Shown here: in pieces, positions 8,185 through 19,003 of the stretch
How positions within the stretch are numbered: position 1 is the first letter of the stretch
Layout of the letters: every line of letters starts with the position of its first letter
IMG/VR virus record: IMGVR_UViG_3300032030_000005
Location: 192,001-256,000 of that record
Direction: 5' to 3' (one strand)
DNA: 64,000 bases
Origin: a virus
Taxonomy: Duplodnaviria > Caudoviricetes
Program-made: the position numbers and the translations under genes
Notes under the pieces: generated by a model
Database searches by the model: none
Told to the model about the DNA's origin: nothing
What the model saw: the letters and a program-made list of their open reading frames with translations, nothing else

Positions 8185-9897
8185 ATGGCTAATATAAGAA
8201 ACAATGAAGCATTCAAGCAGTTATATGCTTCAATCAAAAAGCGTCTTGAAGAGGGTGTAAACCCAAGAACTGATAAGGCTCTTGAAGGAGATATTCAGGA
8301 GGCAATGGCAAATATTATCCTGTCAATTGAATTAGGTAAAGATGACGAGGCATTCTGCGGAATGTTTCTTCCAAGACTGAATAGAGAGTATAATTACTCT
8401 TATCCAGCAGCGGCGGCGATAACAATTATCAACGCTACACCAACGATTATCTTTAACCCGATAATCTTATTCCAGATGTGCGAGGGATATACTGATGTAT
8501 CTACTATTATACAGCATGAGATTTATCATCTTATCTTCAAGCACCTTCTTGAATCAAGAAGATATCCAGACCACAAGCGTTGCAATGTGGCTATGGATAC
8601 TTCAGTAAACCAGTATATCACTTTTAGTGATAATCTGGCAAAACAGTGTTACACACTTAAAAATTTCAATCAAGAAATGCAGTGTAATGCTGAAGAAAAA
8701 AGGGAGTTTGAGTATTATTATAACTTGATTCCTGAAAAACATTTTCAGAATCAGGGTATGAACATGCTCAAACAGCTCCTCGATCGTCTCAAGGACTTAC
8801 AGGATGAAAAGTCCAAGAGAGAAAATGGAGAAGGAGGATCTGGATCTGGAGATTCTAATTCTGAAGGGGAAAGTGAAGATTCTAATGAAAATGATGAATC
8901 TAACTCTAATTCAGGAAAAGGAGAATCTAAAAAAGAAGGAGAACCTAATGAAAAAGAAGGTTCTGGTTCTGGAGAAGGAGACTCTGAAGAAAAAGATGAA
9001 CAGAGTTCTGGTTCAGGAGATTCTAAAGAATCAGAAGAAGTCTCTGAGAATAAATCATCTAGTTCTAAAAAGCCGTCAGATATGACAGATAAAGAAATAG
9101 ATGATGAAATCAAAGACATCATCGAAGCAATCAAGAAGATGATCCAGAATGGAAAAATTTCCAATGATATTACTGAATCAGTAGAAGGATCTTCAAATGA
9201 GCTTACTGCTGCTGAAAAACTTACTCTTGAAGATTTAGTAAAGGGTACATTGGAATCAGCAAAGCAGAGAGGTAAAATTCCGGGAAATATTTCTGGAATG
9301 ATCGAAGATCTGTATTTCAAGGATCCAATCATCTCTTGGAAAAAAGAATTTAGAAATATGATTGGATCTATTCCATGCCCTTATAAAACTACCATGAGGG
9401 TAAAAAATCGAAGGCAGCCGCAAAGAGCTGATATATCTGGAAGAGTTTATGACCGTAAGGTCAAGATTTGTATTGCGATAGATACATCAGGATCAGTTGA
9501 TGACAATCAGCTGATGTATTTCTTTAACGAGATTTTCCATCTCACAAAGGATTACAACACAATTATTACACTCATCCAGTGTGATGCAAATATCTCATCT
9601 GTGACTACATTAAAAGATAAGAAAGATGTAAAGAAAATTAAAGTAACCGGCAGAGGTGGTACATCTTTCACTCCAGTATTTGAGTATCTTAAAAATGATG
9701 TAAAGAAATTAGATCAGCCAGATCTATTAATTTACTTCACAGATGGATATGGAGAAGGTGAGATTGATGTAAATCTTAGAGGACGTTATGACCTTATGTG
9801 GGTTATATCAGGACTCAAGGATGAATTATCAGTAAGAACACCTTCATTCATTAATAAGGTAAGATACTTGAATATTGAAGGTAAACAGTACAGGTAA
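8185..9897 (+). CDS. VWA-domain protein with N-terminal metallopeptidase-like domain (DUF2201 type)
   Basis: HEIYH motif, acidic Ser/Gly linker, MIDAS DTSGS, GRGGTSF, FTDGYG. Confidence 0.9.
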   Translation: MANIRNNEAFKQLYASIKKRLEEGVNPRTDKALEGDIQEAMANIILSIELGKDDEAFCGMFLPRLNREYNYSYPAAAAITIINATPTIIFNPIILFQMCEGYTDVSTIIQHEIYHLIFKHLLESRRYPDHKRCNVAMDTSVNQYITFSDNLAKQCYTLKNFNQEMQCNAEEKREFEYYYNLIPEKHFQNQGMNMLKQLLDRLKDLQDEKSKRENGEGGSGSGDSNSEGESEDSNENDESNSNSGKGESKKEGEPNEKEGSGSGEGDSEEKDEQSSGSGDSKESEEVSENKSSSSKKPSDMTDKEIDDEIKDIIEAIKKMIQNGKISNDITESVEGSSNELTAAEKLTLEDLVKGTLESAKQRGKIPGNISGMIEDLYFKDPIISWKKEFRNMIGSIPCPYKTTMRVKNRRQPQRADISGRVYDRKVKICIAIDTSGSVDDNQLMYFFNEIFHLTKDYNTIITLIQCDANISSVTTLKDKKDVKKIKVTGRGGTSFTPVFEYLKNDVKKLDQPDLLIYFTDGYGEGEIDVNLRGRYDLMWVISGLKDELSVRTPSFINKVRYLNIEGKQYR

Positions 9898-9962
9898 TAA
9901 TTTAAGCCATAGGATTTATATAAATCCTATGGCTTTTTATTTTTTATAAGGAGGAAAAAATC

Positions 9963-11351
9963 ATGGGACACATGGGTTATTCTTATGTAACATCGGCATT
10001 ATATATTGAATTAAAAAATATAAATAGCATAAATAGAAACGGAAAATGGGAAGCCTATCTTAATTATGGCGGCCATAATCGAATATTTTTAAATAAAAAT
10101 TATGATTTGGTAATAAGACAAGACCAACCAACAAGCTATGAAGAAAATTTTAATATGAATGAAATAACCGCTCGTTCATACAACTGTTCATTTGATGTTG
10201 AAAAATTAATCTTTAATAAGCTTCTTGAAAAGCATGGAAAAGAGTTTTTTATCAATAATCCTAAATTTGATTTAAAAGTGTATGTTTCTGAAGAACAGCA
10301 CCATAACAACGAATATACAGATGTTATGCATAAATTAAACGCTTATAACTTAATATTTTATATTAAAAATAAAAATAATGAAGATGAAGTATTTCCATAT
10401 ATTTTAGATTTCAATACTTATAAACTGATTAAATGGCATGCTCATGTTACAACAGAAGAGTTATTTAACTATGCGTTTACAGATTGCCCATATCAAGACA
10501 ATGGACTGGTATGCTCATATAAAAAATTAAATTTAAATTCTGATGAACCATATGAATTATGCTATACAGACAGTAAAATATATGATGTATTATCATTTTC
10601 GCAGAATCCTGTATTAATGAGTGTGATTTTAAATCAGATATTGGAAAATAATGGTATTCAGATATCTGATATAAATGAAATAACTAAAATTAGTTATCTC
10701 AGAAGTTATAGTATTATTTTAACATATATTGGAACGAGAAATGCTGATGTTAAAAAAGGTATTACCAATATATATAATACTAATAATAGATATAGATATG
10801 GAAATGGTAATAATCCAGAAGAACGAATATTTTTAAATTGTACATTTGATAAATATTTAAATAGTAATATTCATGGTTATGATGGTTATAAAAATAGAGT
10901 GGAAAGATGGTTACATAATAATCCTTTGGAGAATGCATTAAAATTATGTGACTATTATATTAGTTATTGTGTTGCATATATATGTGGAACACCTATTGAA
11001 TTTAATAAAGAACATAAGGATTCTGAATTATATAGTGAAATTGAAAGATCTCTTAATTATAAAAGATTGAAAAAGGATAACCCAAAATCAGAATTATTAA
11101 AATTCTGGGATGAACAATATAAAACTTTTAAAGATGCTTTTGATCTTATAAATTATAAAGATTTGAAAATTAGTTTTAATAAGTATTATAGGCTATACAA
11201 AACATTGACAACATCTAAGACTATTGATAAATATATACTTCGAAAGATGTTAATCCAAAAGATTAAAGAAGATACTGCTAATGGAGTAGATGTAATAGTC
11301 GAATATCAAATTAGCAAAAATAACTTAGCAGAAATTTTAGTGGAGGTATGA
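9963..11351 (+). CDS. hypothetical protein, MoxR-locus paralogue 2
   Basis: C-terminus YQISKNNLAEILVEV. Confidence 0.7.
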   Translation: MGHMGYSYVTSALYIELKNINSINRNGKWEAYLNYGGHNRIFLNKNYDLVIRQDQPTSYEENFNMNEITARSYNCSFDVEKLIFNKLLEKHGKEFFINNPKFDLKVYVSEEQHHNNEYTDVMHKLNAYNLIFYIKNKNNEDEVFPYILDFNTYKLIKWHAHVTTEELFNYAFTDCPYQDNGLVCSYKKLNLNSDEPYELCYTDSKIYDVLSFSQNPVLMSVILNQILENNGIQISDINEITKISYLRSYSIILTYIGTRNADVKKGITNIYNTNNRYRYGNGNNPEERIFLNCTFDKYLNSNIHGYDGYKNRVERWLHNNPLENALKLCDYYISYCVAYICGTPIEFNKEHKDSELYSEIERSLNYKRLKKDNPKSELLKFWDEQYKTFKDAFDLINYKDLKISFNKYYRLYKTLTTSKTIDKYILRKMLIQKIKEDTANGVDVIVEYQISKNNLAEILVEV

Positions 11352-12628
11352 TTATGGCAAAAAAAGCAGTAAAAGCAATAACTATTAACGATATAACTGA
11401 AAACCAAACAACTATGAGTTTTTTAATAAATAAAGTAAAAGATATATTTGATGCAGATCCAAATATCTATAATAATGGAGGATTTTATAAATTTATAGAT
11501 TTTGATAATGATTATATGAATATAGAAAAAATTATAAATGATTATTTAAATGATAATAAATCGAAGCTATACAATGAAACATATAGTAGTTTAAGAACAG
11601 TAAGTAAACCTAAAAGAGGAGAACTATATAGACTTGATGAATATGAAAATGATTTTGAAAAAATCTTTTTCAACTATATATTTTATATATATGCTTTTAA
11701 GGACGTAATATATACACGTACTTCAGGTATGAGTAATCTATACATTTATGGTGATGAAAAGATTGATGGTGCAATTAGCACTTTTTATAATAATCTTCTT
11801 TCATGTAACGGTATATATACATTAGATATGGAACTTTCAAAAAATAATTCCTTTGATGATCTAACAAACGCTGAACGTAAAATTGCAAAGCACATGTATA
11901 AATATTTATTTGACAATATAAAATTATTTGATAGGTTTATGATTAAAAAAATGCTTTTATTATTTGCTTCTGAAGCAACAGCAATGGCAACAAGGTATGT
12001 TAATTACTCACCACAGTCAGTACTTAGTTCTATTAATTGGAGATATTATCGTAAACTGAATGCTCTTACAATCCCAGATACTTGTATAGATAGTTTAAAA
12101 AATATAATGCAGCTCAATTTTAACCGGCTAAATAAAGATTTTTGTTGTTATATATACAAATTAAAGAAATCATATTATGATTTCTATTTTGAGTATTATA
12201 TTATAATGCCTTTAAAAATTAAAACAACTTTTGAAAATTATGCCGTATATTATAAAGCAACTGGTAGATACAATAATTTAAAAAAGCTTGTTAAAAAAGT
12301 TGATACTAAGGCAAAGAACAATATAAAAAATTTAACTAATAAGCAGTTAATTTCATTGATAAATGAAAGAATTAACCGTTTATTAAAAACAAGTGTATTT
12401 AAGTCTTATAAATATGTTAATAGAGTTCCATTAACTAGTTCTACTGTAGCTTTAAATAATCATTACTCATATATCTGTAAGAGTACATTAAAAGATGAAA
12501 GAAATCTTAAAATTCTTTTAATGTTTGCTTATCAGATAACAAAAGAAGTTAATAAATCAGTAGATATTAATGAAAAATATCATATTAAAAAATCATTAAT
12601 ATCACAATTATTAACGATAACACTTTAA
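11348..12628 (+). CDS. hypothetical protein, MoxR-locus paralogue 3
   Basis: C-terminus YHIKKSLISQLLTITL. Confidence 0.7.
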   Translation: MIMAKKAVKAITINDITENQTTMSFLINKVKDIFDADPNIYNNGGFYKFIDFDNDYMNIEKIINDYLNDNKSKLYNETYSSLRTVSKPKRGELYRLDEYENDFEKIFFNYIFYIYAFKDVIYTRTSGMSNLYIYGDEKIDGAISTFYNNLLSCNGIYTLDMELSKNNSFDDLTNAERKIAKHMYKYLFDNIKLFDRFMIKKMLLLFASEATAMATRYVNYSPQSVLSSINWRYYRKLNALTIPDTCIDSLKNIMQLNFNRLNKDFCCYIYKLKKSYYDFYFEYYIIMPLKIKTTFENYAVYYKATGRYNNLKKLVKKVDTKAKNNIKNLTNKQLISLINERINRLLKTSVFKSYKYVNRVPLTSSTVALNNHYSYICKSTLKDERNLKILLMFAYQITKEVNKSVDINEKYHIKKSLISQLLTITL

Positions 12629-12682
12629 TGTAAATTCTCTCCTAGGCTTCTAGGAGAGAATTTTTTTAAGAAAGGAATTATT

Positions 12683-14056
12683 ATGGCAAATTCAATTGAA
12701 AAAATCTTAAATAATTTTAAAGTTTATAATGAATATTTTTCTCCATTATATTGTCTGGATAACAGTGAAAGTGATATTCGAATTTTAACAGACTATATAA
12801 AGTCTAATGAATCATCAGCATATACTATGCATAATCCAATAACAATAAATAATGATGAGTATTTTGAATTAATAGATAAAGTTATTGATAGATATCATTA
12901 TTACGCTTCAAATTATATTGAAAAGATAATTAAAAAATATAATAAGATACATTCGAATTTAAATGGTAAAGAAATCTATGCTATGATGTTTGTATTTTTA
13001 TTATTATTAAACAGAGATTATTTTAGAATATATCAAGAAAGATATGATTCAAATACATTAAAAGAATATTTAAATAGTAATAATATAATGAAATTATTAT
13101 CAGAAGTTTCTGAAGCTACTTGTGAGCTATTTAAAGTTGTAACTAATCGGACATTAATAGAACATTTTTATCCTGTAGATGAGACAACATGTTATAGATA
13201 TAATTTTGATATAGACAAAATTAATTGTCCTTTAATGACACAGAGTATATTTGTTAAACCATTTAGAGAAATTTTCTATAGAATGTATAATTATTTATTT
13301 GAATTTAAAAATTTATTTGATGAAGATATTGCGTATAATGTATTTGATCTATTCTTTAATAGTAATTATAAGCATACTAATATAAATAGACAAGGTAATG
13401 TAATTGATTATATGTATTTAATTAAAGAAGATAGTATTGGTATAAAAAAAGAATTTAAGCATGGAAGTATATTTACAGATAGTATTTTCAAGGAATTAAG
13501 TAAGTTGAATCCAATTGATTTAAACATAGAAATTTATGATAAAACGTATCCCCTCCAACAGGAAGATGATACTATTCCAATCGATACCATTAAAGTTATA
13601 TTTGATAAAGTTATTAATGAAATAAATATAGATATGAGAAGAACATTCCACATATTGATAAATGATTTTATATTTAGATTATCTGGTTTTATTTTCTATG
13701 AACCACTGAATAGTTTTAAATATTTTGTAGAAGGTGAAATGTTAGATATATGTTTTTCATGCGATAATTTATTCGATATTATCGTTAATTTAAAGGAATA
13801 TCAAAAGAGAATTTTTGAATTTATTAAAAATGGTAAATTTAAAAAATTAGATAACTATATTAATAGGCTTATAGCAAGAGAACTATATGATCCTAAACAT
13901 TTAACATCTCATATATATAATCCAGGAATATCAACTGAAATGGGGCAATGGATTATAAAAATGTTAAAAAAGGACGTGCATAAAAATCCAGATGGTGCTA
14001 TTAATGATTATAGATTATCTAAAAAAATAGTTAGTGAATTAATAGTTGAAGTTTAA
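12683..14056 (+). CDS. hypothetical protein, MoxR-locus paralogue 4
   Basis: C-terminus YRLSKKIVSELIVEV. Confidence 0.7.
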   Translation: MANSIEKILNNFKVYNEYFSPLYCLDNSESDIRILTDYIKSNESSAYTMHNPITINNDEYFELIDKVIDRYHYYASNYIEKIIKKYNKIHSNLNGKEIYAMMFVFLLLLNRDYFRIYQERYDSNTLKEYLNSNNIMKLLSEVSEATCELFKVVTNRTLIEHFYPVDETTCYRYNFDIDKINCPLMTQSIFVKPFREIFYRMYNYLFEFKNLFDEDIAYNVFDLFFNSNYKHTNINRQGNVIDYMYLIKEDSIGIKKEFKHGSIFTDSIFKELSKLNPIDLNIEIYDKTYPLQQEDDTIPIDTIKVIFDKVINEINIDMRRTFHILINDFIFRLSGFIFYEPLNSFKYFVEGEMLDICFSCDNLFDIIVNLKEYQKRIFEFIKNGKFKKLDNYINRLIARELYDPKHLTSHIYNPGISTEMGQWIIKMLKKDVHKNPDGAINDYRLSKKIVSELIVEV

Positions 14057-14061
14057 AATAT

Positions 14062-14096
14062 AACCCTTAAGGAATTATCCTTAAGGGTTTTTTTTT
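14062..14096. terminator. bidirectional terminator
   Basis: AACCCTTAAGGA/TCCTTAAGGGTT plus T-run between convergent genes. Confidence 0.85.
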
Positions 14097-15819
14097 AATC
14101 TTTCTTATATGTAAAAATCATATTACCACAATCATATATTCTTTTATATATTTTAGTTTCATTCATTATTTGGAATTCTGTTTTATCATCTGAATATATA
14201 TCTGGAAACTTAGTTTTAAGAACTTGTTTCCTAAAACTATAACGATGAAATCTTTCTTTTGTATTTCTATTAAAATAAAAATAATTTGGTTGACTTATAT
14301 GATCTAAGGTAAAATTATTTTTTAAATATACACCGCCAACAGACCATCTTAAATCAGCATAAGTAATTAAATTTTCCCATTCATAATTATTCTTAAAATA
14401 GCTGAATAACTTACCGAATGAACCTAATACATTAAATTCATGTGCATTTGCAAATCTAGAAAGTTCATAATCATATTTAGTCTTATTCTTTTTATTACCT
14501 AAAGATACTTGTGGCTTTCTAAATGTCATAACAGATACTAATATATCTCCCTCTTCTGATGGATACCATAAACCTAATTTAATAGAAGCATTATCTGAAC
14601 CTTGTAAATGATTTTCTTTAAGAAAATCATTCTTTTCTTTAACTCCTATTTCTTCAATATAACATTTTCTAGCGTATATCTTTGGTAAATTAGTGTTTAA
14701 ACCTAATATGTGTTTAACTTTTCTTTCAACTATTTCATAGTTATCGTCATCAAATATATGAACTAATCTTACACCTGCAGCTTCACAAGCCTTTGTTTTA
14801 TTAATATGATAATTCTTATCTTTGAATTCATCACAGTGCCAATATAACCCATCTATTTCAAAAGCTATTTTCTTTTCAGGAACATAGATATCTAATTCTT
14901 GACCTTTTAAAACAGTCCTGTCTTTTTCAATAACTTTTAAATTAGAATTATTCTTAATCATATCAATTAAGTCTTTTTCATATTTAGATTGAGTTATTTT
15001 GTTTGCACATTTAGGACAACCAGTATTATGATGTAAAATATTATCTGGTATTGCTTTCCATACATGATTACATGCAATACATTTATGTTTAATAGCTGTT
15101 TTCTTATTAATATATGGTTCTAATGGAATTAATGGACTATTTATTTTTAATAATCTTTCTTCATATGAAAGATTATTAAAATCATCTCGCTTCATATTAT
15201 TACATGAAGGGCATACTCTAGTCTTTCCATGCATTCCTCCAGTAATATTTGCTGGAGAAGTTTTCCACTCATAGTTACAAATTCTACATCTATGTTTAAT
15301 AGCAGTATTTTCATTAATATAATCTTCTAAAACATCATATGATTTATCTTTACCAAAAAAGTTATCCAATTTTTCTTGATATTTTTCAGTAGTCATTTTA
15401 TGATTATTTCTTAAACAGTTAGCACATACTGGATGTTTTAATGAATGTAAAACCAAATTACTTGGTTTAGCTTCAAATTCATATCCACATTTTTTACATT
15501 TAACTTTTATTTTAGTTTTATAATTCATAAATGGAGTTATAAATTTATATGGATTTTCACCAAATAAATTAATAAGCTTATTTTCAAAGTCTTCTTGAGT
15601 AAAAGATAATTTTCTACCTCTGCCTGATAAAGTAGAACAATTAGGACAACCTGTACCTCTAGATATTAATTCATATGGTGCTTTTTTCCATACATGACCG
15701 CATGTATTACATTTAGTCAATATTGGAGTTTTTGAATTAATATAGTCTTCTAGAAATTCAAATTTATTTCCATGTTTTTCTATAAGTAATTCTTTGTAAT
15801 TTTCTTTTGTTAATTTCAT
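14095..15819 (-). CDS. Hef-like homing endonuclease with four Zn-ribbon repeats
   Basis: Repeated CxxC-G/N-H/Y-x-W/F...CPxC units; ELDIYVPEKKIAFEIDGLYWH nuclease motif; ITYADLRWS C-terminal domain. Confidence 0.8.
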   Translation of the reverse strand: MKLTKENYKELLIEKHGNKFEFLEDYINSKTPILTKCNTCGHVWKKAPYELISRGTGCPNCSTLSGRGRKLSFTQEDFENKLINLFGENPYKFITPFMNYKTKIKVKCKKCGYEFEAKPSNLVLHSLKHPVCANCLRNNHKMTTEKYQEKLDNFFGKDKSYDVLEDYINENTAIKHRCRICNYEWKTSPANITGGMHGKTRVCPSCNNMKRDDFNNLSYEERLLKINSPLIPLEPYINKKTAIKHKCIACNHVWKAIPDNILHHNTGCPKCANKITQSKYEKDLIDMIKNNSNLKVIEKDRTVLKGQELDIYVPEKKIAFEIDGLYWHCDEFKDKNYHINKTKACEAAGVRLVHIFDDDNYEIVERKVKHILGLNTNLPKIYARKCYIEEIGVKEKNDFLKENHLQGSDNASIKLGLWYPSEEGDILVSVMTFRKPQVSLGNKKNKTKYDYELSRFANAHEFNVLGSFGKLFSYFKNNYEWENLITYADLRWSVGGVYLKNNFTLDHISQPNYFYFNRNTKERFHRYSFRKQVLKTKFPDIYSDDKTEFQIMNETKIYKRIYDCGNMIFTYKKD

Positions 15820-15921
15820 TTAATTACCACCTTTTATAAATATATACATAGTATTCTATGTATATCTATAATATATATTTATAGAATTTTGTTTCGGTTT
15901 TATTTTAAATTAAAAGATAAA

Positions 15922-17459
15922 TTAATCTGAAATATAATCATCTATGTTAATTTTTGCTAGATGTATTGTACTGTCATGGAATGCTTTCATGCTTTTGTTT
16001 AATATGATACCTTGTATTAGTTAGTATAACTCCGCCTAATTATACCGTTATATAAATATATAACCTCTATATTACTATAGAGCATAGACTATATCTTCAC
16101 CTGTATATGGATAATACAGTGTGCTCCCCATTTCGATTTAATCAGGAATTATATGATTATTACTCAATACCTGAACCTCAGTAGCTTAGGCTCTACTCTA
16201 CTTCCTTCTTCAAGTCTTTTTAGACTTTATGGTTTCGATAGTCGTTGAACGTTCCTTAATAAATAAGGCTTCGCTGCTGATTGTCCTTAATAGGAGTTTC
16301 CAGCAATTAAAGGAGTTTTACATCGGCAGTATTATTTACCGATTTCTGTAGTAAGCAATCCTATATTTTTACTACCCATTTTATAATAATAGTTTCCGGC
16401 ACATTTATTACATATCTTATCACCTTTACAATATAAAGGAGATCTCATTTTAACTTTCTTATTAAAGTATTTGCTTTTAGTTTCATCATTTAATTCAACA
16501 AGTTTATTTGTAGAAGGATCTAATACGTATCTATATAAGAAGTTCTTATAATCTCCTTCAGTTAATACAAACTCATAATAAAGCTTAGTACCACAATCTG
16601 AGCTTTCTTTATCTAATACCGATGATTGGAAACTTGTTGACATGATTTTATTTTGATAACCACCATCTTGTGTTTCTATGGCTTTGCCATATGTACCTGC
16701 AATACTCATATCACAGTAATATTTAAATTCTTCAGGTTTAATACCTTCATCAAGGTTAGTAGTAGAAATATATACTTCACCAGTTACGAAGTCTTTAACA
16801 GCTCCACGTATAACACTTGTATTCTTAAAGTTGTTACCAAAACTACCTCTACATCCACTATCATAAATCTGCATTGCAGGTGCATCTTTATATTCTTCTT
16901 TAGCCATGTCAAGTAATTCATTTTCTATTTTAGCAGTAATAACGCTATCACCATTTTTAAGAGCTGTATCATGTTCTTTAATTAATTCTGCTTTACGTTT
17001 AGCAATCTTAGGATTAGTAATAACAAAGTCTGCGCTCAATGAAGCATTTACAAATTTAGCACTATAAAATCCGAACCAATTTACTTTATTCATAAATTCA
17101 TTTACTTCATCTGCATCTATTGTATCTTTAGTATATAAAGCCACTATATCATTTAATAAACCATTAATTTTTTTATTATCAAATGCTTTATTCTGATATC
17201 CTATAAGATTTCCTAATTTTTCAGTAAGAATTAATACATTAAAAATAAATCTACCAACTTTAGTACTTTCAGCAGATTTATTATATAATTTATTGGCTGG
17301 TAATACAAAATAATCTTGTGGTGAATATTTAGGCTTTTTATTCTTAGTATAGGCAAAATATTCTTCAAGTAAAGAACCAGTTATATCATCAGATTTTAAA
17401 TTTATAAGTTCATTTACTTCATTTTCACTTAAAGATCTACCTTGTATAACTTTCTCCAT
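15922..17459 (-). CDS. phage RNA polymerase beta' C-terminal subunit (probably virion RNAP), split by a group I intron; exons ~17459-16338 and ~16011-15922
   Basis: SGCRGS, TQDGGY (bridge helix), DCGT, MRSPLYC...ICNKCAG. Exon 2 supplies IILNKSMKAFHD, which aligns with the trigger loop TQLTMRTFH. Confidence 0.85.
16012..16337 (-). mobile_element. group I intron (ORF-less) in the RNAP beta'-C gene
   Basis: P1 ATCGGT/GCCGAT with U·G pair; P/Q TTGCTGGAA..AATCAGCAG; R TTCAACGACTA; S AAGATATAGTCT. Confidence 0.9.
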
Positions 17460-17561
17460 ATTAACACCTTCTTTTTAAATATAATAATAAATAGTTGAAT
17501 ATTATATTTATATATTATATTCATGTTTTAATACAAATTAAAATTTATAGGAGGAAAAATT

Positions 17562-17870
17562 ATGACAGGAATTTACATTAATGATTTATTAAATATCTGG
17601 GAGCATAGACCGGACTATTGGTATTTAAAAATAGTTTTTACAGCCAATAATAAATATTATAGTACCAGCTATAGTTGTGATGACAGTAATTACGAATTTG
17701 TAAAAAATACATTAAAATCACTTGATCCATCTGAATATCAGATTGAATTAAGAGCTGGACATAGAGATGCTATTAATCCATCAACTGGTGAATTAATACT
17801 TATAGCTTTTCAGGTTAGATTATTATCTAATAGAGTAAAAGCATTATTTTTAATTAATAAAACTTTATAA
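17562..17870 (+). CDS. hypothetical protein, tandem paralogue array A
   Basis: FQVRLLSNRVKAL, shared with the next ORF. Confidence 0.7.
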   Translation: MTGIYINDLLNIWEHRPDYWYLKIVFTANNKYYSTSYSCDDSNYEFVKNTLKSLDPSEYQIELRAGHRDAINPSTGELILIAFQVRLLSNRVKALFLINKTL

Positions 17871-17883
17871 GGAGGGATATTAT

Positions 17884-18207
17884 ATGTTTATCTATATTCA
17901 AAGTTTACTAGATGCATGGACATCACCATTTAGTATGGATGAAGGAAGATGGAACACACTAATGGTAATTTATCATAAAGATATGGACATATATCATGAA
18001 TATACTTATACAGAAAGTTATACAGATTTACTTGCTAATCTTGTAAAGTTTTTGTATTCTTTAGATAAAAATGACTATATGATTGAATTAAAACCCGGTG
18101 CGTATAGAATCTGTGATTCTGAAGGTCGTTTAATAGTACGAAACTTTCAGGTAAGACTTATTAGTGATAAAGCCAATGCTTTATATTTAACGGAGATGAA
18201 TTTATGA
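17884..18207 (+). CDS. hypothetical protein, array A
   Basis: FQVRLISDKANAL. Confidence 0.7.
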   Translation: MFIYIQSLLDAWTSPFSMDEGRWNTLMVIYHKDMDIYHEYTYTESYTDLLANLVKFLYSLDKNDYMIELKPGAYRICDSEGRLIVRNFQVRLISDKANALYLTEMNL

Positions 18208-18635
18208 AATTTGATTTTGAAGCTTTTGTAACAGCAAACTTATATCATATATTACATGGAGATTTTACAGTAATAGTAACACTTAATAAGCCAATATCTG
18301 TTAAGAAAATTCTCTATGTAAATGAAAGAAATATAAAAGATGCACATAACATTAGTACTAGATATTTAATATTAGAAAATAATGTTCTTATGAAAGCAAT
18401 TAAAGATTTATCAAATGAAGATGTTTATATAACTTCAAATGATGTTGAATTAAAAATATTTGAATCGTTAGCATGTTATTCAGTAGATGAAGATAATATT
18501 ACATTAACGTATACGCCTTCATATTGTGAATTTATTTTATTTATAACACCAAAAACAAAAGAAGCTAATGAATACTTTGAGAATTTAGTATACAAAGTTT
18601 TAGCCAAAGAAATGATAGAGGAGAATTTAGAATGA
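18204..18635 (+). CDS. hypothetical protein, array A
   Basis: MKFDFEAF...LFITPKT...MIEENL. Confidence 0.7.
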   Translation: MKFDFEAFVTANLYHILHGDFTVIVTLNKPISVKKILYVNERNIKDAHNISTRYLILENNVLMKAIKDLSNEDVYITSNDVELKIFESLACYSVDEDNITLTYTPSYCEFILFITPKTKEANEYFENLVYKVLAKEMIEENLE

Positions 18636-19003
18636 AAATAGGTTTTGAAGAATTTATTAAAATAAATATTCATGATATAATATCAGAAGGATATGTTGCA
18701 TTTGAAAGATTTCTTATTAAATTTGATGAACCAAGAAAAATAGCTAATATACAGAATATAAAATATGCAAATATATTAGATCCATCAGACGTTAAAAAAA
18801 TAATAGATCTATTTGATGATAGCGATATATCTATATCTTTTTCATCAGATGATTCTGAAGATAGATGTTTAACTTCTGATCTAGATTTATGGCATATAGA
18901 TAGTGTAACAGAAAATTACATATTTCTAACACCTAAGAGTGAAAGATTTATGGAGTTTATAGACAATATAATTGCAGAATTAATGATAGAGGAGAATTTA
19001 TAA
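18632..19003 (+). CDS. hypothetical protein, array A
   Basis: MKIGFEEF...IIDLFDD...FLTPKSE. Confidence 0.7.
   Translation: MKIGFEEFIKINIHDIISEGYVAFERFLIKFDEPRKIANIQNIKYANILDPSDVKKIIDLFDDSDISISFSSDDSEDRCLTSDLDLWHIDSVTENYIFLTPKSERFMEFIDNIIAELMIEENL

Noticed and set aside
6112-9332. ORFs 6112-6483, 8751-9332 and 8804-9085
   Set aside because: Antisense or alternative-frame shadows of the MoxR and VWA genes. The same applies to other nested ORFs such as 16653, 22162, 25833, 30455, 36520, 44730, 55666, 59085 and 62612.
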